Source: Trichoplax sp. H2
Taxonomy: Eukaryota
Reading direction: 5' to 3'
DNA length: 64,000 nucleotides
Assembly: GCA_003344405.1 (NCBI GenBank)
Contig: NOWV01000021.1
Location: 186,001 to 250,000, forward strand
The notes under the pieces are model-generated. The model was not told the origin of the DNA. It did not search any database and saw only the letters and a list, made by a program, of their open reading frames with translations. The position numbers and the translations under genes were made by a program. This document shows, in pieces, positions 56,592 through 64,000 of the stretch (position 1 is its first letter; each line of letters opens with the position of its first letter).

Positions 56592-56650
56592 AAGAGACTA
56601 AGACAGAGAGAGAAAGAGAGAAGAGAGAGAGGAGAAAAAGAGAAAGAGCG
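56592..56650. repeat. GA-rich polypurine tract in the BMP 3' flank
   Basis: agacagagagagaaagagagaagagagaggagaaaaagagaaagag. Confidence 0.9.
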
Positions 56651-59600
56651 ACTGAGATATTTAAATGTACGATTGACACTTAATGTAGCAGTCAAGTTGG
56701 AAATTATTTATTAAATAATAATGTAAAAGATATTTTTTATCTAGAGACCGTTAGAAGAAAATGCAAATTTTTAAATTTGCAATTATAATACATTTTCCTT
56801 GATCCATAAGTAAGGCAACTAATCAAACATTACGGTAAAAAGTTTCTATCCTAGATCTAGGAGATGATATCTACTTAACATACAAAGACATAACTATTTT
56901 ATGTACATGTAAATATATACTTTACTGCTTTTTATTATCGATTTTTAAAATAGTTAAATAGTTATTTAGTGTTTCTAATCGTCAATACATGGAATATTAA
57001 CCCAATAGTATGATGCAATGCAATTGACAAGCCTCAAATCTCAATCTCAATTAATCTTCCTCTTTCTCTTACATCTACTATATTAGAAACTACTCCAGTT
57101 TCATCTTAATAAACATACTACGACATAAATTGGTTCGTTTTATATACCTTTATCATTACTTGTCCTACTTAATATTCTTTTAAGAAAAATTCCTTCATGT
57201 AGTATTTATATAGAAAAATGGAGGAATACAAACCTGAACCCCGTCAATATTATCATTTTAACTGTAACTACATCCTTAAATAGAATTAATAATACGCTAT
57301 CACTACGGATACAAGGTTAAATCTTAATATCTTAATAATATTATTATATCTATTAATACCTACATTCACTATGCTATTTTAAATTTTTATTTCGTAAATT
57401 ATCCATAATCCTGTCTATCTGATCGTTCTCAACAACACTGATCACATGCTCTCTTACTCTCTCTTTCAATTCATCTTTTAAGCACATATTCATCATACAA
57501 ACTATCTCCTTTCTATCATCTAGCTATAAAGTAATATTTTTTTCTAACGATATAATTCTTGATGGCTATATTGGTATCGTTAGTATCGATAAGTCGATAC
57601 TTCATTCTTTCTTTCTGTTATATGATAATTTATCATGTATACATTCTTTATAATGCTTATGCATAATTTTTGTATTTTGCATTCATTGAATATGCTGACA
57701 AGAAGTAAAATGATAGCCAAAGAGAAAAATAAAATAATGAAATAATATAGTAAATTAGGACGAAAATTAGTCAATCGGCACCATATTAACGATAAATAAC
57801 CTTAATGTACGCTGTAGATACTAAAATTTCATACTAATATTACTTACTATGTTAAGAATGAATTTTATTTTTAATAATATCTTGCACTGGTAACAATAAT
57901 AAAGAAATTTAGCTATTATCATTCTATGCCTAAGTTTAATGAACTCCTAGCCAAGATTGATCGAACATTAATTATGACAATGTATAGTCTTATTAACTTG
58001 GTAACTTATAATTTCAACTACATTTTTACTACAACATATTTTACCCCTAGGCTAATATATTGGGATATAATATTTATCCGAGTATCGATTCACAGCGACC
58101 TTGAAGTACGATTTATTATAACTTTTAATTATTTTTCATATTCAAAATCAATTTTCAAAAATGTATCTGTATTCTAGGATGTTGAGAGTTACCGATTATA
58201 TTCAGCTAGCTATCAGAAATGAAACTTTTTTACGAGATGATCATTCATATTGCTATACAAATATAGTTATGCTTGGTGATATCTTTACTCAAGCATTGAC
58301 TACTTCAACTGCATCATCAGTCATATAAATGATCGTATGATATGCGTATATTATGCCAAATATACTGTAGTCTTATTCAGTAATCCAAACGAGATATTCT
58401 AGCTTTAAAATATGCCCGTACCTAAATGTGAAAGTAAAAGCAGCTGCTACCTGGAACAAATTCAAAGTGAAATACATGAATCAGGTTTAATATATAGGTA
58501 ACATACATACATCAACAGGTAGTATTATCTAGAGATACTATATATATCATGCTACTGATACTTAGATATATTACAGGCATAGGATGATTTCTAAAGGCAT
58601 TAGTTGTTCATAGAGTTGCAGATTGCAGAAATAATCCGATCATTAATTTTAAATATAACATAATTGTATTTTAATTCCGATTTTAATAACCATCTAGGCA
58701 AATTTAAATCTTTACTCTGCGGTTGTTATATATAGTGAGAGTGTATAGATATTTTATAGATAAAATAATGAATTATTCTTTTGAATAATACAATTTTCAG
58801 CACTCAAATCTAGCATCTGCTACTATAATTATAAAAATAGAGCAATATATTCATTGTAATAGGCTTAGCTAGTAGGTGATAAGAATTAGAACAGATAAAA
58901 TAAGATTCTGTACTGTACTTAAGTTTTCAGTACCATCATTATAATAACCTTATAGTTGTACCTTATAGTTGTTAGGTGAGAAAGAAAAATTTGTTCACTT
59001 ATAGTTAATCCAATATTTACGGCGGGGTCTTCACTATGCGTTTTAGATACTGTATATAATTTATACCTTTTACAATCAGATAATCAGATCAATGCGTATA
59101 CCGTTCTCTCCATTACAATAAGTATATTATCAAGGTAATTTCAAGTTTTTGTTCCAGCACCATAGCGTCTTTTCACTAAGCTAATTTCGGCTGTTATCTT
59201 TTACCAATTATTACCCAACTTAATTATTCAATTGCTCTGGACTAGTTATTCACACTATATTGGTATATATAAATATGTTTACAGTACTATGTTTGAATAA
59301 TTAGCTAATAGAAAACTACTTTTGTAAAGCGTTTTATACGTTTATAACACTGCATTCCTTTCCTATACAAATATGTAATTATTTATTTTAGTCTAATTCA
59401 GATAATGCCGGTTATTATTACCATATTGAAACTTTACTTTCTAATTAAATTATATATAAAAACTTAATACAGCGCCAATTAATGAAGTTTCACAAGTTTA
59501 TTTCGTAGTTACGCCTGTATTAGCGCCATGCGATATATAAACGGATATTTTCTTCATCAATCTAGCGAAGCTGTAGCCGCGTAATGAAGGATACTAGCTA

Positions 59601-61498
59601 CTGTATGACTGTTACTAATGAAAGTCAATCTAACAAGTTATTTAAGCAACCATTTTTTAATACGTCAAAAACAATAACCATTGTCGTTGGTAAGTAATAT
59701 AATTACCATTTCTTAGCTTAGCAACAAATACGTCGGATTTATTGTTATAACTTTGATTTATGTTTTTTTTAAGAGACATACGTATCTCTTTGATAGAAGG
59801 TACACACAGAAATATTTTGATTTTCTCTTTAACTCGTTGTCAAACGTTACTATTATGAAATTTACTTTAGTAGAGAATTTAAAAATTAGCTATATTATAG
59901 TGAGAATGATTATCGAAGATTTTACTGCTGCATAAATCGATTTATTTCTTCCAATTAATCTTGTTTACGATATCATCAAATCTAATTAACAATGTAATAA
60001 TGTTATTGATAACTTAACTATAGTTCATGAATTAATCATGAGAAATATATGGGCAGCTACCTAATAGTATAATATAAACCCTTCGATATTATAAGCACTA
60101 CAAGTAGATTCCCTTAATTTTTTATCATAATTACGACAACATGATACACATAGATCACCACGTTAGTGCAACTTATTGGAGTCGCAATTTATCACGCTTT
60201 CCGCCGGGCATTGAATTATATATAATGAGCTGCTACCGTATATTCAAACAAATAATATTACATTAAACAATCAATTTCTATACAGTATAAAGACGATTGT
60301 TTTGGATACAAAATATCAATTCTTTAGCCGCAATAATAAGGGGTGAAAGGCCAACCAATAAAATCACTACTAGCTACCAGGATGATTATGCAAATAGACT
60401 TATTTGAGCATCGGCCGATTTGATAAATAAAATATTACTTGACAATAATATAAATAACAACGTGCGCTAGTGTTACTGGCTTTGTCATGAAAGATATCAA
60501 TAGTTGATTCGATGAATTACGGCTATTTGCATCACGTTAATGTACGTAAATCATATTGTTACAGCTGTTTAGAATAGAAGCAAATGTCTTGGCTGGTAAT
60601 TTGATTTCAAAGATGACAGATTTTATATAGATTTATGATTCAGACCACGGTAAGTTAATGCAAGTAACTTCAATACTTACATTGCATAAAATTTTACGAT
60701 GGACATTAGGGGAACAATGTTTAGATTGACTACAGAATCACTACGTAAATCATTGGACAAAAAGCGTTGAGTATAAAGCTTCCAATGGCCAGACTGGATA
60801 TATAGTAAACTATAACAAATTTAGCGCATTTTATATATTTTAGCCCCAGATTCTATGTACTACAGATCTATTACGGCCACTCCCGGGAATGAACATATTT
60901 TCAACAATTTTATGATTCACTGAATACTTTGAGAATTATTTTAATCCTTGATTTTGATTATGGATATTTAAGCTAGAATAAATAGCAAATACACGGAAAC
61001 TAAAATGATTTTATGAAGTTTTATTTAATTAAATCTAGGAAAAGCCAGTAGATAGACTATAGCTTTGATATAAACATTTACAAGTAAAACAGCTCATAAA
61101 TTATAACACATGATTCGCAAAACAGCGAAGACCGTGTAAAATCTCCTTTAATGATACTGAATAGGTATTTATGTATTGTGTGTTCATAGGATTATAAGGC
61201 GTTTAGATATGAAAGTAATAATAAACAAGATTCATTCGTAATTTCAATGTAATGTATATATTACTTGGTTTTTCATCAATTTACGGATTGTGCTGTTGGA
61301 GTATCAGTAAATAATGGCAGATCTTACAATAAAAATTGTCAACTTACTAACAAAAAAATTTTTTACTCTTCTCAATGTATCATATACGCGCAATATATAA
61401 AATATAAATTATGTTACGCTAGATTATTAAGTTCGATTAGCTAAAATTCTGATAGGCATTAATTAATAAAATAAGAACAACAATTTGATCGACAACTC

Positions 61499-63952
61499 TT
61501 AATTTTCAATAAGAATTGATTGCTTTTCAATTAGCTTCTTAAATACACCATTTTCCAATTGCATTAAATCATTATAGTTGCCCCTTTCAACAATTTTGCC
61601 TTCATTAAGGACCACAATCTGATCCGCGTGTTTAATTGTGGATAGTCGATGAGCGATTGTAATAACTGTTCTATTTACCATCAGCCTTTGCAAAGCGTCT
61701 TGAACCAAGTACTCGCTCTCCGCATCTAATGCGCTATTTATGATATTGATTGATACCATTAATAAATCAACAAAGTAAATAGAAATTAACCAATTTTATT
61801 CCTTATATATGCATATGGAATTCTATCTCTTATGATACGATTACACAGAATTAATTATATTATTCAATAGTGTAATGGAGGAGAGGGTAGACTTTATTTT
61901 CGGTAAATTAAGTGTGATAATGTATAGACTTGGTAAGATTTTAACTTTAATGAAATAATAATTTTAATTTTACCTCGTAGCCTCATCCAATATTAAGATT
62001 TGTGGATTCTAATGATAAAAAAATGTTAGTACAAGCAAATAGTGAATAATTTATTTAATAATTTAATACTAAAGTATAAATGCAGGAAGTATGTACAATA
62101 CTATAAGGTTAATCTTATACTTTTACAGGATTTTATACCTTAATGAGTGCCCTGGCAATTGCAATTCGCTGCCTTTGACCACCTATAGGTTCATTATTAT
62201 TTTCCTTCAGTATGAATTATTCGCATAGAGAACTAATAGCATAATGATACGAATAAAAATATTATCACCTGAAAGAGATTGACCTCTTTCACCAACAACA
62301 GTTTGTAACCCGTCTGGAAATCGATCTATAAATTGCATAGCATTAGCTTGCTTGGCAGCATATATTATTTCTTCAGCAGTGATCGACTTGGCATCCTGGG
62401 TACCGTAAGCAATATTTTCATAGATTGTTGTAGAAAATAAGATTGGATTCTACAATGATGATAAATCAATATATTAGTCACGCGTTAAACTAGTTTATTT
62501 GTAATAATTTATATTATTTTCATTAGTATATAATAAAAGATGCACATTTCTGATCTTTCTAACCTGGCTAACTAAGCCTACATTACTACGAATCCAACCA
62601 GGATTGATTGACCTTATATCTTCACCATTTATCAATACTTGTCCGACATCTGGATCATAAAATCGTAGCAACAGCGATGATAATGTGCTCTTTCCACTTC
62701 CACTAGCACCAACAACTGCAGTTATAGAACCAGCTGGAACGTTGAGAGTCAAATTTTTAAATATTACATCATTTGATCTTGAGGGATAGGAAAAGCCAAT
62801 ATTCTTAAAATCGATATCTCCGTTAAGGATTGAAATATCCGGTATAATTCCGGCTAAATTATAATTATTGATATGATTTCATTTAGTACTGTGGCAATAA
62901 TTACTTGTAGTTTCAGACGACAAAACCTTTCATTAATAAAGCGATAATTTTGTTATTACTGACCATCAATGGGAATTTTGGGTTTGCGATCAATAATCTG
63001 CCATAATCTAGTACTGGCACCGACTCCTCTCATAAGTTCAGAATAAAATGAGCTCATTCCTAACAATAATTGTAAAATAGACAATTTAGAGCCAGCAATA
63101 TTGTAACCTAAATCAAAACTACTTCAAATTCTTAAAATGGCTTACCTGCTATCGCAATACCAACATAGCCGGAATATAATAAGAAGGATGTCAATTGGCC
63201 GACAGTTAATTGCGCTTGCGACATCATCATTCCGCCATTCCATAGTACAGCTAATAGTAGAAGGTTACCGGAAAATCCAGTCTAAAATGACATTCATTTA
63301 ATTTTCCGCTTTAGTGGTATCATATTATAATTTATCGATAGTACATACTTTTCTAGTTAAATTACAATACAGTACTTACAAAGCCAAAAAAAGTACTATT
63401 TACAAAAGCCTGTTTATTGCCAAGATGAAGAACTTTGTCGATTTTTTCTCCATATCTGTTTATTATCATAAATTTAACGTCAAGATATCTTTTAGTTTTG
63501 TTAATAATGCGCAATTTTTTAATCGTCACGGCTTCAAATGTACATTCAAACCTTGTCAATTCCTTCATTTCATTCGCAAATGCTCGCACAGTAGTGAAAT
63601 TGCTAATTTTTTCCTCGGCAATCTAGTATGATGTGTTAAGAACAATTTCCTTCTTTATCGATTCAATAGTTATAATGTAACATTGCGCCAATATTTAATA
63701 AGCTGCTGCAATATTATAGTTACCTTACTCTAACTGCAGGAAATTATTTTGATAGTCAATATCACTTTACATACGGTACTCGACTGTGAATAGGATCAGT
63801 TTATATTTATGCGTTACCTCAGTTGATGCAGCTAAAGCATTTTGGGTTTTCTCGGATAAAGTTTTTAAATATCTTCCGTATAAGATGAGAACAATTGATA
63901 ATGGCGCAACCATCCCAATACCAACAGTAGCTAGGTAAGGTGATACGTAAAT
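61499..63952 (-). CDS. ABCB10: Mitochondrial ABCB-type half transporter, most like ABCB10 (5' part outside window)
   Basis: Exons 63952-63818, 63622-63552, 63455-63380, 63281-63146, 63059-62964, 62853-62564, 62449-62269, 62182-62139, 62008-61974, 61733-61499. Walker A GASGSGKS, signature LSGGQRQR, Walker [14 protein letters not shown]-loop [11 protein letters not shown] motifs [40 protein letters not shown] and [14 protein letters not shown] are ABCB10-like. Confidence 0.88.
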
Positions 63953-64000
63953 CTAATCCATTTCAAGAATATAAAGTGTACATGACCATTAGTAAGTATT

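Noticed and set aside
56517..56714. Arg/Glu-rich ORF
   Set aside because: Translation of a GA-rich tract in the 3' flank.
1..64000. tRNA, rRNA, CRISPR arrays, transposase or reverse-transcriptase ORFs
   Set aside because: None recognised by eye; tRNAscan-SE, Infernal and RepeatModeler would be needed to exclude small RNAs or MITEs.

Overview
AT-rich, intron-dense eukaryotic DNA with many short GT-AG introns and no prokaryotic features. The gene content (BMP2/4, cadherin, ERH, CDKN3) is animal; the compact layout suggests an early-branching animal such as a placozoan, which is an inference only. Gene models were built by hand from splice signals and intron phase. (1) 1-17427 +: 5'-truncated giant type-I membrane protein with cadherin repeats, a ~3000-aa Ser/Thr repeat stalk, FN3-like domains, a TM helix and a tail. 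(2) ~23027-24210 +: possible small unknown gene or pseudogene. (3) ERH on -, divergent from (4) CDKN3/KAP on +. (5) Stand-alone OvoA-C-terminal-type SAM methyltransferase on -, divergent from (6) an F-box/WD40 gene on +. (7) BMP2/4 on +, flanked by long non-coding tracts. (8) 3' part of ABCB10 on -. Main points of interest: an apparent intron made from decayed coding repeats, with many in-phase cryptic donors upstream; the orphan ovothiol-type methyltransferase; ERH-CDKN3-BMP2/4 linkage matching human 14q; and TACAGTA-dense divergent promoters.
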